Of a stretch of DNA of 64,000 bases, positions 1-7,996 are shown piece by piece (the stretch's first letter is position 1; the number at the start of each line of letters is the position of its first letter). The position numbers and the translations under genes were made by a program. This DNA is from a virus, in IMG/VR virus record IMGVR_UViG_3300034069_000411, one strand, 5' to 3'. Under the pieces are notes generated by a model. The model was given only the letters and a program-made list of their open reading frames with translations, was not told where the DNA came from and ran no database searches.

Positions 1-35
1 GCGCAAAGTAATCCCCACCACAGGAGCAACAGCAG

Positions 36-314
36 ATGATGAACAGATGGCAAGAGGAGGCGCTGATCGAGCGCATCCGCGAGATCCGGTCGCGCGCCGC
101 CGCCGGTGAGCGCACAAACCCCCGGCTCGAGGCGCTGATGACCGAGGCGCAGCGCCGAGCCGCTGACCACGAAGGCGCGGCCGATACGCACGTCAGCCCC
201 CTCGACACGGTCAGTTGCCGGTTCCGCCGGGAGTGGTCGCCGGAGTTCTACTTCTTTCACAACGGCGTCGCGATCGAGCAGGACCGCGCCTTCGAACTGA
301 CCTGCGGAGCCTGA
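36..314 (+). CDS. hypothetical protein (92 aa)
   Basis: ATG ORF preceded by the CCCCACCACAGGAGC leader/SD motif. No recognisable domain. Confidence 0.5.
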   Translation: MMNRWQEEALIERIREIRSRAAAGERTNPRLEALMTEAQRRAADHEGAADTHVSPLDTVSCRFRREWSPEFYFFHNGVAIEQDRAFELTCGA

Positions 315-316
315 CC

Positions 317-568
317 ATGGCAAGGAAGCGCGCCACCCCGCCGAAGCCGGTTGATAAGTTTGAATGCTGGGCCGCATTCGCCCGCGGGATCCTCTCGACG
401 TCGCGGCCCGATGTGAGGCCCCCGCTCCATCCAGTTCTGCAGGACGCCTACTACGACGGCCGATCCGCGGTGGTATCCGGTCATGCGGTGGTGGGTGATC
501 CCGATGCCCTCGCGGCCCTGATCGCGCACGTATGGGCGGGCAACCCGCCTCATACTCACCGGCCATGA
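317..568 (+). CDS. hypothetical protein (83 aa)
   Basis: Internal ATG of ORF 215..568, 3 nt after the previous stop. The upstream part of that ORF overlaps gene 36..314. Confidence 0.5.
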   Translation: MARKRATPPKPVDKFECWAAFARGILSTSRPDVRPPLHPVLQDAYYDGRSAVVSGHAVVGDPDALAALIAHVWAGNPPHTHRP

Positions 569-945
569 CACGCTGCCAGATCTGCGGTCGGCGTAAGCAT
601 CTGCGGAAGGATCAGGGCATCGCGCATCACCATGTCGGCGGGGTGCCATGCGCGGGCATAGGGCACCCCCCGATCGAGGTGGACGACGCGGCGCTTGTAG
701 CGGCGGTTTCAGCCGCCGAGGCTTCCGACCGCGCGCTGACCCGTCAGCTGGTCGAGCTATACGATCGCCGCGCGAACTTCATCGACCCGCAGCTGATCAG
801 CGCAATGATCGAAGCATCGGGGCGGCTCAACCGTCTACGCCGCCGCCTCGACCGTCATCGCGCGTGGCCCGCGCGATTTGCGCGCGAGATGGAACGGGAC
901 GGGTGGGGGTCACCGCCGCCGCAGTATCTGATCGATCGCGAGTAA
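565..945 (+). CDS. hypothetical Cys/His-rich protein (126 aa)
   Basis: ATGA overlap with the previous stop. The N-terminus reads CQICGRRKHL...HHHVGGVPC (zinc-ribbon-like). Confidence 0.55.
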   Translation: MTRCQICGRRKHLRKDQGIAHHHVGGVPCAGIGHPPIEVDDAALVAAVSAAEASDRALTRQLVELYDRRANFIDPQLISAMIEASGRLNRLRRRLDRHRAWPARFAREMERDGWGSPPPQYLIDRE

Positions 946-946
946 T

Positions 947-996
947 GCGGCGGTGGCAGCGATACCGCTTGCTGCCGCCGTGGCAGGGGAGCAACA
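947..996 (+). promoter_or_regulatory. promoter/operator cassette, copy 1
   Basis: Upstream arm GCGGCGGTGGCAG, then CTTGCTG-N-GGGGAGCAACA with the embedded palindrome CTGCCGCCGTGGCAG (972-986). Lies 50 nt before ATG 1046. Confidence 0.45.
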
Positions 997-1045
997 GGAT
1001 CGGGACGGGACCGCAAAGCGGCCCGGCCCCACCACGGAGACGACC

Positions 1046-1366
1046 ATGACCGAGACCCTGACCCACCACACCAGCCGCAAGATTGACCTCATCGTGCGCG
1101 ACTACGCGCTCCGCGACGCCAAGGGCCGCGAGATCGGCGGCCGGTTCTATATCAGCGAGGTCACCTATTACCCGAAGCCCGCCGAGGCGACTTGGGGCAG
1201 CTATCACCCGGTCGGAACCGTGATCACCGGCTGCCCGCAGGCAACCCGCGGCGGCCAGACCTACGGGGCCAGCCAGCACGCTAAGGAGTACCCGACGGTC
1301 GAGGACGCCCGCGCCGCCGCCGAGATCTACTTCACCAAGGCCGCGAAGCGCGCCGGTCACCGCTGA
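1046..1366 (+). CDS. hypothetical protein (106 aa)
   Basis: Internal ATG of ORF 953..1366 with leader CCACCACGGAGACGACC. Starts MTET like gene 3093. Confidence 0.6.
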   Translation: MTETLTHHTSRKIDLIVRDYALRDAKGREIGGRFYISEVTYYPKPAEATWGSYHPVGTVITGCPQATRGGQTYGASQHAKEYPTVEDARAAAEIYFTKAAKRAGHR

Positions 1367-1372
1367 CCCATC

Positions 1373-1388
1373 GGGGGCTTCGGCCCCC
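1373..1388 (+). terminator. GC hairpin (GGGGGC-TTCG-GCCCCC), weak terminator candidate
   Basis: 6-bp stem with a TTCG loop, 7 nt after stop 1366. No T-tract. Confidence 0.35.
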
Positions 1389-1407
1389 GCCCGCTACGGA
1401 GGCCGCT

Positions 1408-1626
1408 ATGCCCCATCCCACCGTCGTCATCCCCACCGATTTTGACCTGACCCCCGTCGGGAAGCGCCGGGTTAAGGTCAGGCCGTCACTGATCCGGTGG
1501 TTCGTATCCGGCCGCCGCTACCACGCGCTGCCGATCACCGCCGCCAACATTGCCCTGTCGCGTGAGTGGGTCGCCAACGCCGGCGCACCGAACCACCGCC
1601 CCCAGCCCCGGAGCCTGTTTCAATGA
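1408..1626 (+). CDS. hypothetical protein (72 aa)
   Basis: ATG ORF. Its stop overlaps the next start (ATGA). Confidence 0.5.
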   Translation: MPHPTVVIPTDFDLTPVGKRRVKVRPSLIRWFVSGRRYHALPITAANIALSREWVANAGAPNHRPQPRSLFQ

Positions 1627-2987
1627 CCACCGCCATCGCCTTTCCGACCACCGTCGCGGATCTGATCGAGGAGTACGCGGCCAAGGACGCCGCGATCGAG
1701 GAAAGCATCGCCGCGTTCGACCGCGCCTATGACGCTCTCGGCATGTCAGCCACCGTGCGCGGGACCTACGTCGAACCCATCGGTTCGAAGTCCTACCTCT
1801 ACCCGGCGTCGCTACGTAAGAACCTGCTGATCTCCGGCTGGCGCGCCGTCTACGAGCGTCTCCGGATCAAGACGATCGCGAGCGCGAACGACCGCAAGCT
1901 GTTCGACCGGGCGCTGGCGTCGCCGCCGCCGCTGACGATGGAGAATGCCAAGGCGACCTTCGGCGACTACCTGATCCGCCCGCGCTTCCACATCCTGCGC
2001 GGCCTCGCCGAAGTGTTCACCGGGCTCGACGCCGCGTACAAGTCGCACTCCAAGGTGCGGATCGGCGTCAAGGGTCTGCCTAAGCGCGTCATCCTGAATG
2101 GCTGGACGGGGTCGGGCGGTTTCGGTCGCGGTTACGGTCACGACCTCTTCCAGAACATGGCGAACGCTCTCGCCGCGGTGCGTGAGCAGCCGGGCCTAGA
2201 ATGGATCGAGATGATCGATCTGGACGATCAGATGAAGACCGGCGACGCCGTGATGGACGGCCGGACGCTGACCCAGACCGTGCACGGCGGCGAGGACCGG
2301 ATCTATCAGGCACCGAACCGCGGCCTGACGGTGCGTCGGTTCGGCAACGGCAACGCGCACGTCTTCTTCGACCAGGACGCACTCCTAGCCGTGAACAGGG
2401 GCCTCGCCGAGTTCTACGGCGAGGTGCTGCCGGACGCCGAGCCGGAGGGCGTCAGGCCGACCGCAAGCACCGCTGTGTCCAAGGACCTGCAATTCTACTG
2501 GACGTCGGCCGCCGTCGCCGAAGAGGCGCTGAACTTCGCCGGCTTGCCGAGCCCGCAATCCTACAGCGGGCGGTACCCGGCCCGCCGCGTGCTGGAGCCG
2601 TCATGCGGCGACGGCCGAATCCTCGACGCGATACGCGCGCGCGGTCACGACGCCCTCGGGATCGAGTACCACCCGGGCCGGGCGGCCGAGGCGCGCGCGA
2701 AAGGGCACGCCGTCCTGACCGCGAACTTCTTGGAGGAGCCCGCCACAGCCGACTTCGACACGGTGATCATGAACCCGCCCTTCTACGGCCGGCACTACCT
2801 CCTACACGTCAGGCATGCCCTCGGGTTCGTGAAGCCCGGCGGCACGCTGGTCGCCATCCTGCCGGCGACGGCGCGGTATGATCACGGCGAGTTGAGCGGC
2901 AGCTGGCGGGATCTACCGGTCGCCTCATTCGCCGATTCGGGAACAAACGTCCCGACGACGATGCTGCGGATCAGCAAACCGCGCTAA
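1623..2987 (+). CDS. N6-adenine DNA methyltransferase with a large N-terminal domain of unknown function (454 aa)
   Basis: C-terminal motif I VLEPSCGDG and motif IV IMNPPF (gamma-type order). The N-terminal ~290 aa are unassigned (possibly DUF4942-like). Confidence 0.8.
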   Translation: MTTAIAFPTTVADLIEEYAAKDAAIEESIAAFDRAYDALGMSATVRGTYVEPIGSKSYLYPASLRKNLLISGWRAVYERLRIKTIASANDRKLFDRALASPPPLTMENAKATFGDYLIRPRFHILRGLAEVFTGLDAAYKSHSKVRIGVKGLPKRVILNGWTGSGGFGRGYGHDLFQNMANALAAVREQPGLEWIEMIDLDDQMKTGDAVMDGRTLTQTVHGGEDRIYQAPNRGLTVRRFGNGNAHVFFDQDALLAVNRGLAEFYGEVLPDAEPEGVRPTASTAVSKDLQFYWTSAAVAEEALNFAGLPSPQSYSGRYPARRVLEPSCGDGRILDAIRARGHDALGIEYHPGRAAEARAKGHAVLTANFLEEPATADFDTVIMNPPFYGRHYLLHVRHALGFVKPGGTLVAILPATARYDHGELSGSWRDLPVASFADSGTNVPTTMLRISKPR

Positions 2988-2992
2988 ATCAT

Positions 2993-3039
2993 GCCGCCGT
3001 GGCAGTTTCCCTTGCTGCCACGGCGGCAGGGGAGCAACA
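2993..3039 (+). promoter_or_regulatory. promoter/operator cassette, copy 2
   Basis: GCCGCCGTGGCAG-tttccctt-GCTGCCACGGCGGC (13-bp inverted repeat), CTTGCTG...GGGGAGCAACA, and palindrome CTGCCACGGCGGCAG (3015-3029). Confidence 0.45.
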
Positions 3040-3092
3040 CGCTCATAGGCCGATTCGGGGAAACCGAGGGGCCACCCACCACGGAGACTACC

Positions 3093-3395
3093 ATGACCCA
3101 GACCGCTTCAACCCTCACGCTACTCGCCGCGATCGGACAGCTGGCGCACCGCGGCGAGTTCGCGCCGCTGACGCGCTCCGATCGCGCGGCCTTTTGCGAG
3201 GCCGCCGCCGATGCACAGATCGCCCACACCGGCCACGACGTTGGTGCTGCTCTCTGTGAGGTGACCGGCAAGTCCATCCTGATCGAGGGCAACGCAATCA
3301 TCGTGATCGTCAGCGGTCAGAGCGTCGAAGTGCACGCACACACGCCGGAGTTCGAAGACGTGACCGTCACCATCGACCTCGAAGTGGAGTGCTGA
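3093..3395 (+). CDS. hypothetical protein (100 aa)
   Basis: Internal ATG of ORF 2991..3395 with leader CCACCACGGAGACTACC. Starts MTQT. Confidence 0.55.
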   Translation: MTQTASTLTLLAAIGQLAHRGEFAPLTRSDRAAFCEAAADAQIAHTGHDVGAALCEVTGKSILIEGNAIIVIVSGQSVEVHAHTPEFEDVTVTIDLEVEC

Positions 3396-3398
3396 TCG

Positions 3399-3575
3399 AT
3401 GGCCCGACTGACCATCATCGCCCGCCTCGGCATCGTACTCGAGGCGGCCCGCGCCGAAGCCGCGTCAGCGTTCGTCGACCACACGGACGACGACGCCTTT
3501 GTCGCCCATAGGTCCGCTAACCGCCGCGCCCAGCGCTGCCGCCGCGCCCTTCGCACCCTCGGAGCCGTGGCCTGA
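3399..3575 (+). CDS. possible small ORF (58 aa)
   Basis: Hand-translated ATG ORF (MARLTIIARLG...) filling the gap after 3395. Below the ORF-track cutoff. Confidence 0.25.
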   Translation: MARLTIIARLGIVLEAARAEAASAFVDHTDDDAFVAHRSANRRAQRCRRALRTLGAVA

Positions 3576-3659
3576 CTGTCGCCACCTGACGGGCCGCGGG
3601 CCGACCCGTCTAGCGGCAACAGCCGGGGCACAAGCCCAACCCACCACCGGAGACCTACA

Positions 3660-4088
3660 ATGCCACACGACTCCAAAGACCTTCTCGAATCGACGACCGC
3701 AATAGCTGTCGCGATGGCTGCGGCCGGGACGCTGTCAAACGTCCGCGAGACGCCGGCACAGTCGATTGCCGCGATCTACGCGGCCCTCGCCGCCACCGCC
3801 GGGCCGGGCGCGCCCGAGATGGCCGAAGGCGATCACCGGACCTACGAGCCCGCCGTCACCAGCCGCAAGTCGCTGGCCTCCGACGAGCACATAATATCGA
3901 TGATCGATGGCAAGCCGTACAAGACCCTGCGCCGCCATCTCGCCGGGCACGGCCTCACCCCCGAGACCTACCGCGAGCGGTACGGCTTGCGCCCCGATTA
4001 CCCGATGGTCGCCAAGGCCTATTCGGAAAGCCGGCGCGCGATGGCGAAGAAAATCGGGCTGGGCAGGAAGCCGGCGTCGAACAGCTAA
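3660..4088 (+). CDS. MucR/Ros-family transcriptional regulator lacking the two zinc-binding Cys (142 aa)
   Basis: HIISMIDGKPYKTLRRHLAGHGLTPETYRERYGLRPDYPMVAKAY aligns gap-free with the Ros/MucR core. Same length as Ros (142 aa). Confidence 0.85.
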   Translation: MPHDSKDLLESTTAIAVAMAAAGTLSNVRETPAQSIAAIYAALAATAGPGAPEMAEGDHRTYEPAVTSRKSLASDEHIISMIDGKPYKTLRRHLAGHGLTPETYRERYGLRPDYPMVAKAYSESRRAMAKKIGLGRKPASNS

Positions 4089-4093
4089 ACCCC

Positions 4094-4116
4094 GGGCGGG
4101 GCTAACAGCCCCGCCC
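4094..4116 (+). terminator. hairpin after the mucR-like gene
   Basis: GGGCGGGGC-TAACA-GCCCCGCCC, 9-bp stem, 6 nt after the stop. No clear T-tract. Confidence 0.4.
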
Positions 4117-4291
4117 CAACACGGCAGGCAATGATGCTTACCCCCTCACAGATAGGTCACGAACATCACGCCGCCGGCCGCGCTCGTAAGGACAACCCCT
4201 ACCGCGTGAATCGCGATGCGGCTCGGGCGTGGACCGCCGCTTGGGATCTTGCCGAGAAGGCCGCCCGGCTTCGTCCGGTAGGGGGCCGCTG

Positions 4292-4495
4292 ATGGCCGCT
4301 GTTACATTCGAGGGCGAGGAGGTCGCGCGCGTGACCGGCTTTATAGCTCGCGCGTTGCCGATGCTCGATGGTGACGAGTTTGAGCTGGCTGACTTGATGC
4401 TCGACAAAGCCTTAGCCGGAATGGGTGGGCGAATTGCGCCGGACCTGCAGGCCATCCTGGACGATTTACGCAAGCGGCCGGAATCGCGCCGATGA
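4292..4495 (+). CDS. hypothetical protein (67 aa)
   Basis: Internal ATG (MAAVTFEGEE) of ORF 4229..4495, purine-rich upstream. Confidence 0.45.
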   Translation: MAAVTFEGEEVARVTGFIARALPMLDGDEFELADLMLDKALAGMGGRIAPDLQAILDDLRKRPESRR

Positions 4496-4710
4496 ACGGG
4501 ATCGATCTAGAGGCGCTGCGGGCGCTGCGCGATTGCGGCGTGGTTCGCGCCCGCCTTTTCGATGACCGTTATTCAGATCTCGTCGCGCGCGGCATCGCCG
4601 CCGCTATCCCGTTTCCACAGCATGAGGATGACCCGCACCCCCGCCGCGACTTTCACCTGACCACCCGTGGCGCGATCGTCGCCGATGCAATCCTGACCGT
4701 AGGACCCTGA
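4492..4710 (+). CDS. hypothetical protein (72 aa)
   Basis: ATGA overlap with the previous gene. Confidence 0.5.
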   Translation: MNGIDLEALRALRDCGVVRARLFDDRYSDLVARGIAAAIPFPQHEDDPHPRRDFHLTTRGAIVADAILTVGP

Positions 4711-4712
4711 CC

Positions 4713-4874
4713 ATGATCCTGATCTACTTCGCCCTCGCCCTCGTCATCTTTCGGGCGCTGTTCCGGCTGTTCGCCCCGGCGCACGCGCAGCAGGCGCTGG
4801 CCCTCGCGCGCCGCGACGACCTGATCTCCGTCGGCATCGGTGCCGGTGCGATCGCGCTTCTGGTGCTGCTGTGA
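4713..4874 (+). CDS. small membrane protein (53 aa)
   Basis: Hand-translated MILIYFALALVIF...GAIALLVLL with two hydrophobic segments. Its stop overlaps GTG 4871. Confidence 0.4.
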   Translation: MILIYFALALVIFRALFRLFAPAHAQQALALARRDDLISVGIGAGAIALLVLL

Positions 4875-5089
4875 AGCACCCCGACACCGCTGACCTCGCC
4901 AGCAAGGCGTTCACCGCGTCAGGCGCAAAGTCTCACCCCGAGTTCGTCGCGATCTTCGGCGATGCAGTCGGCCTGCGCACCTTCCGCGGCTGGCTCGCCG
5001 GTGAGCAGCCCGCGGCCCCGATCGCACGCCTGATGCTTCGCGAGTTCGTCGCGGGCTGGCGTCCAACGCTGCCCGAGACCAAGGCATGA
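4871..5089 (+). CDS. hypothetical protein (72 aa)
   Basis: GTG start overlapping the previous stop. Stop overlaps the next ATG. Confidence 0.5.
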   Translation: MKHPDTADLASKAFTASGAKSHPEFVAIFGDAVGLRTFRGWLAGEQPAAPIARLMLREFVAGWRPTLPETKA

Positions 5090-5670
5090 ACGCCGGCACC
5101 GGGTTTGCCGGCTTTCAGGCGTGCATCGCCGCGATCACCGACGCGCTCGGCGAGCCAACCCTCCAGCCCGCGGTCGCCAAGCATGCCATCGCGTGCCTAG
5201 AGATTGAGGCGCGCGCGGCCCGGGGCCTTCGGTCATGGGGACGGCTCGACTGGGGTACGTGGTGGACGACGGCGACGGTCGCCGAGTTCGATCAGGCTAC
5301 ACGGCGTACACAGACCACGCTCGCGCTTGCGCGGTCGACTCTGGGCCCCAACGCCCGGCCCACCGCCGAGGGCGTGTGGCGGGGCACTGTGATGCGGTTG
5401 CGAGGCTGTGCCGTGTGGGCCGAGGGGGGAGGCTATAAGCTGCACGTCGCGTCGTGTTCGAAGGGTCACCCCCGCTACGATCGCGCGAAGCGCAGGGACG
5501 TCGATCAATGGCAGGTCAGCCTCGACACGGATTTTCTCAATGCGGCCCGCGGCGGGTTCCGCGACGAGAGCAAGGCCAAGTCGACACACGCCTTGTCCGA
5601 GGCCGCGGGGGTCAAGGCGATGCGGCGGATGATGCGCGACTTCTACGAGGTCGACCTGACAGATATTTGA
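5086..5670 (+). CDS. hypothetical protein (194 aa)
   Basis: Last ORF of the rightward arm, followed by an intrinsic terminator. Confidence 0.6.
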   Translation: MNAGTGFAGFQACIAAITDALGEPTLQPAVAKHAIACLEIEARAARGLRSWGRLDWGTWWTTATVAEFDQATRRTQTTLALARSTLGPNARPTAEGVWRGTVMRLRGCAVWAEGGGYKLHVASCSKGHPRYDRAKRRDVDQWQVSLDTDFLNAARGGFRDESKAKSTHALSEAAGVKAMRRMMRDFYEVDLTDI

Positions 5671-5754
5671 TCGGGTACTGACAACGCCGGAGAGCGCCGC
5701 TATATCGGCCTCTGTTTCCCGTGGTGGGGGAACCTCCGGCGCAAGCCACATACT

Positions 5755-5782
5755 GGCCTCGACGAAAGTCGGGGCCTTTTTT
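5755..5782 (+). terminator. rho-independent terminator of the rightward arm
   Basis: GGCCTCGAC-GAAA-GTCGGGGCC followed by TTTTTT. Confidence 0.8.
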
Positions 5783-5891
5783 CGTATAAGTCGGGAAGCG
5801 TAGGAGCCCCGATACGGCGCTCCCGGTGTCTGACCGGGCCGACGCGGCGCGATTACCGGCGCTGCGCTCTGTTGGCGATCTGTGGGGAGGC

Positions 5892-5911
5892 GGGGCGGCT
5901 GTCACCGCCCC
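5892..5911 (-). terminator. hairpin ending the leftward arm
   Basis: GGGGCGG-CTGTCA-CCGCCCC, 8 nt after stop 5919 on the minus strand. No U-tract. Confidence 0.45.
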
Positions 5912-5918
5912 GGGGAGG

Positions 5919-6101
5919 TCAGAGCGACTGCGCGGCCTGATGCGCGGCGGCGGCGTCAGCCAGAGCGGCCTCATAGGACGTCTGCAGCTTCTCCTGATCA
6001 GCCGGCTCGAATAGACCGATCACCTGGTCGAGCAGCTGCTTGTAGGCGGGAAGGTTTGACCCGATCAGGGCCATGGTCTTGAGGATTGCGTTCAGATCCA
6101 C
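5919..6101 (-). CDS. hypothetical protein (60 aa)
   Basis: Last minus-strand ORF, helical-looking sequence. Confidence 0.45.
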   Translation of the reverse strand: MDLNAILKTMALIGSNLPAYKQLLDQVIGLFEPADQEKLQTSYEAALADAAAAHQAAQSL

Positions 6102-6110
6102 GGCGGGCTC

Positions 6111-6488
6111 CTATCGAACAAGGGTGTTGATGTCAGCGACCGCGGCGTTCACCCGGTCGATCGCGGCGGTGTAGCTGGTGGCGTTGCCGGCGTCATACGC
6201 CGCCTTGACGGCGGTGATCGCGGCATAGCCCTTGGCGTCGAGCGCCTTAAACCTCGTCTTGTCGATCAGCCCGGCGCGGGCGAGCGCGGTGCCGAGCCGG
6301 GAGGCGGCGGTGTAGCCGATCGTCGCGCCAATGCCGAGGCGCTCGTCGAGCGTCGTCTTGCTGGCTACGTCGGCCGGCTTGATCGGGACAGCCGCATCGA
6401 TCACCGGGCCGGCCGCGGATCGGGCCATCGTGTTGCAGCCGGGCAGGGCCAGCAGGGCGGCGGATAAGAGGATCAGGCCGAGGCGCAT
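6111..6488 (-). CDS. lipoprotein, o-spanin candidate (125 aa)
   Basis: Signal peptide plus lipobox MRLGLILLSAALLALPGC. TAATG overlap with the upstream membrane protein. Lies in the lysis cassette. Confidence 0.6.
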   Translation of the reverse strand: MRLGLILLSAALLALPGCNTMARSAAGPVIDAAVPIKPADVASKTTLDERLGIGATIGYTAASRLGTALARAGLIDKTRFKALDAKGYAAITAVKAAYDAGNATSYTAAIDRVNAAVADINTLVR

Positions 6489-6814
6489 TATCGTGGCTCC
6501 GTGGTTGAGGACTGGATGATGTCGGCGCGGCTCTCACCGGTAGCCGTGGCGACTTTGTCGGTGATCGGCTGCGTCCCCATCGCCTGCTTCGCGACATCCT
6601 TGACCGTCACCCCGGCCGTGACGCGGCTCGCGACCTCGGCCCCGAGGATAGCGGTCAGCTGGCGCACAAAGCCCCAGAACCCGACGGCGTCGTCAGGAAT
6701 GCGGCGGGTGATCGCGCGGCTCGCGACGTTGACGACGACGACCCAGAAGACGAGCGTGCTTGGCGCGATGCCTAGCGCCGCGGCGATCTGGGGGATCATT
6801 GTGAAGGGGTCCAT
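6488..6814 (-). CDS. membrane protein, i-spanin or holin-like (108 aa)
   Basis: N-terminal TM segment APSTLVFWVVVVNVA. Directly after the endolysin. Confidence 0.5.
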   Translation of the reverse strand: MDPFTMIPQIAAALGIAPSTLVFWVVVVNVASRAITRRIPDDAVGFWGFVRQLTAILGAEVASRVTAGVTVKDVAKQAMGTQPITDKVATATGESRADIIQSSTTEPR

Positions 6815-6823
6815 CGGTTGCTC

Positions 6824-7540
6824 CTACTTTCCGCCGAACGACTGGTAAGCCGCGGCCATTTTCTCATGGTACCGGTTCACCTTGTACGCCGTCCCGTTGT
6901 ACCGGCGCGCGACAGGCTCCCAGCTGGCCGGGGTGCGGTCCACCTTACGCAGGAAGGGTAGGATTCCGGCGCTGCTCACGAAACCCTCGAAGGCGCGCAG
7001 CTGCGTATCCTCGTCGCGGGCCATCGCCTCGGCGAACGCCATGGCCGACGGGTACCCGCAGGCGGCGTAATTCTCGCCCATGATCTGTGGCGCGCCGTAG
7101 CTGGCTGACCCGAACCCCGCGTCTACGTCGAGCCCGATCATCTGCAGCAGGACGTCATACCGGGCGTCCTGCGATACCGGGTAAGGCCGCGCGCCCCAAT
7201 TCGGGTAGCTGATCTGCGGGTGCGTCTTGTCGAACCGGCCGCCCGTCGCGCGTGAGAAGCGGTGCGGTTCCGGCAGGATCTTAGGACGGCCCGCGAAGAA
7301 CCCGGCCCCGTTGGCCTCCGTCTTCCAGAACGCCTTGATCGCGGCCGGCGCGACCAATAGGCGCTCACCCGCCTCCTTGAAGTTGGCCTCCGTCAGCGCC
7401 GTGTCCGGCCCGTCGGTCAGCATCAGCAGCACGCCGGCTTGCGTGAGTCGACCGTACCAGTACGGCTTGCTGCCATCGATCGCACCGGCGTAGCGGCCGG
7501 TTTCTTTCATGTGGGTCTGTAGCTGTACGGGCGTCGTCAT
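6824..7540 (-). CDS. endolysin, N-acetylmuramidase (DUF3380/PF11860-like) with N-terminal PG-binding-like repeat (238 aa)
   Basis: RPKILPEPHRFSRATGGRFD...GAPQIMGENYAACGY...RRYNGTAYKVNRYHEKMAAAY matches the family consensus as I recall it. Confidence 0.85.
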   Translation of the reverse strand: MTTPVQLQTHMKETGRYAGAIDGSKPYWYGRLTQAGVLLMLTDGPDTALTEANFKEAGERLLVAPAAIKAFWKTEANGAGFFAGRPKILPEPHRFSRATGGRFDKTHPQISYPNWGARPYPVSQDARYDVLLQMIGLDVDAGFGSASYGAPQIMGENYAACGYPSAMAFAEAMARDEDTQLRAFEGFVSSAGILPFLRKVDRTPASWEPVARRYNGTAYKVNRYHEKMAAAYQSFGGK

Positions 7541-7588
7541 AAGGGCCTCCCCGGGGTGCGGCTGCCTAGCACGCGCCCGGGGGGCCTG

Positions 7589-7996
7589 TCACGTCGCCGG
7601 GGGCGGGCCCCCGGGGATACCGCCGCCGCCCCTGAACAGCGCGACGACACGGTCGCGGAGCAAATCATACAGGACGATCCCTGACCCGCCGACGCCGATA
7701 CCCCACGCGATTGCGACACCGGGGCCCGGCTGACGCTCGACGACGAGGCCGAACAAGATCATCACAAGCACGCCGGTGAGATACCGCCCGCCGGGGGCCA
7801 TGCCCTCCCGCGCTGCGCTGACGCCGCGCGCCATCGCGAGGCCGACCATCGACAGCGCCATGGACGCGATCGGGATGTTGACGCCGAACAACTCCACGGC
7901 CGGCGGCCCCCAGACCGGGATCGTCGCGGGGGCCACAGCCGGGAGGCTGACAACGGCAGCGTTTGCGGCTGCCCGCGCGAGTTCAGCGACCTGCAT
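7589..7996 (-). CDS. holin candidate (135 aa)
   Basis: 3-4 hydrophobic helices, immediately upstream of the endolysin. Confidence 0.5.
   Translation of the reverse strand: MQVAELARAAANAAVVSLPAVAPATIPVWGPPAVELFGVNIPIASMALSMVGLAMARGVSAAREGMAPGGRYLTGVLVMILFGLVVERQPGPGVAIAWGIGVGGSGIVLYDLLRDRVVALFRGGGGIPGGPPPAT

Noticed and set aside
972-996. Reading TGGCAGGGGAGCAAC as a sigma-54 (-24 GG / -12 GC) promoter.
   Set aside because: The spacing between GG and GC is about 7 nt instead of 10. The minus-strand copy at 32649-32677 lacks TGGCA entirely. No enhancer-binding protein gene is seen.
4138-4473. A minus-strand ORF (111 aa) inside the rightward arm.
   Set aside because: It runs opposite the coupled plus-strand genes 4292..4495 and is Ser/Arg/Pro-rich. 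It has no SD and would sit between two plus-strand terminator or hairpin elements.
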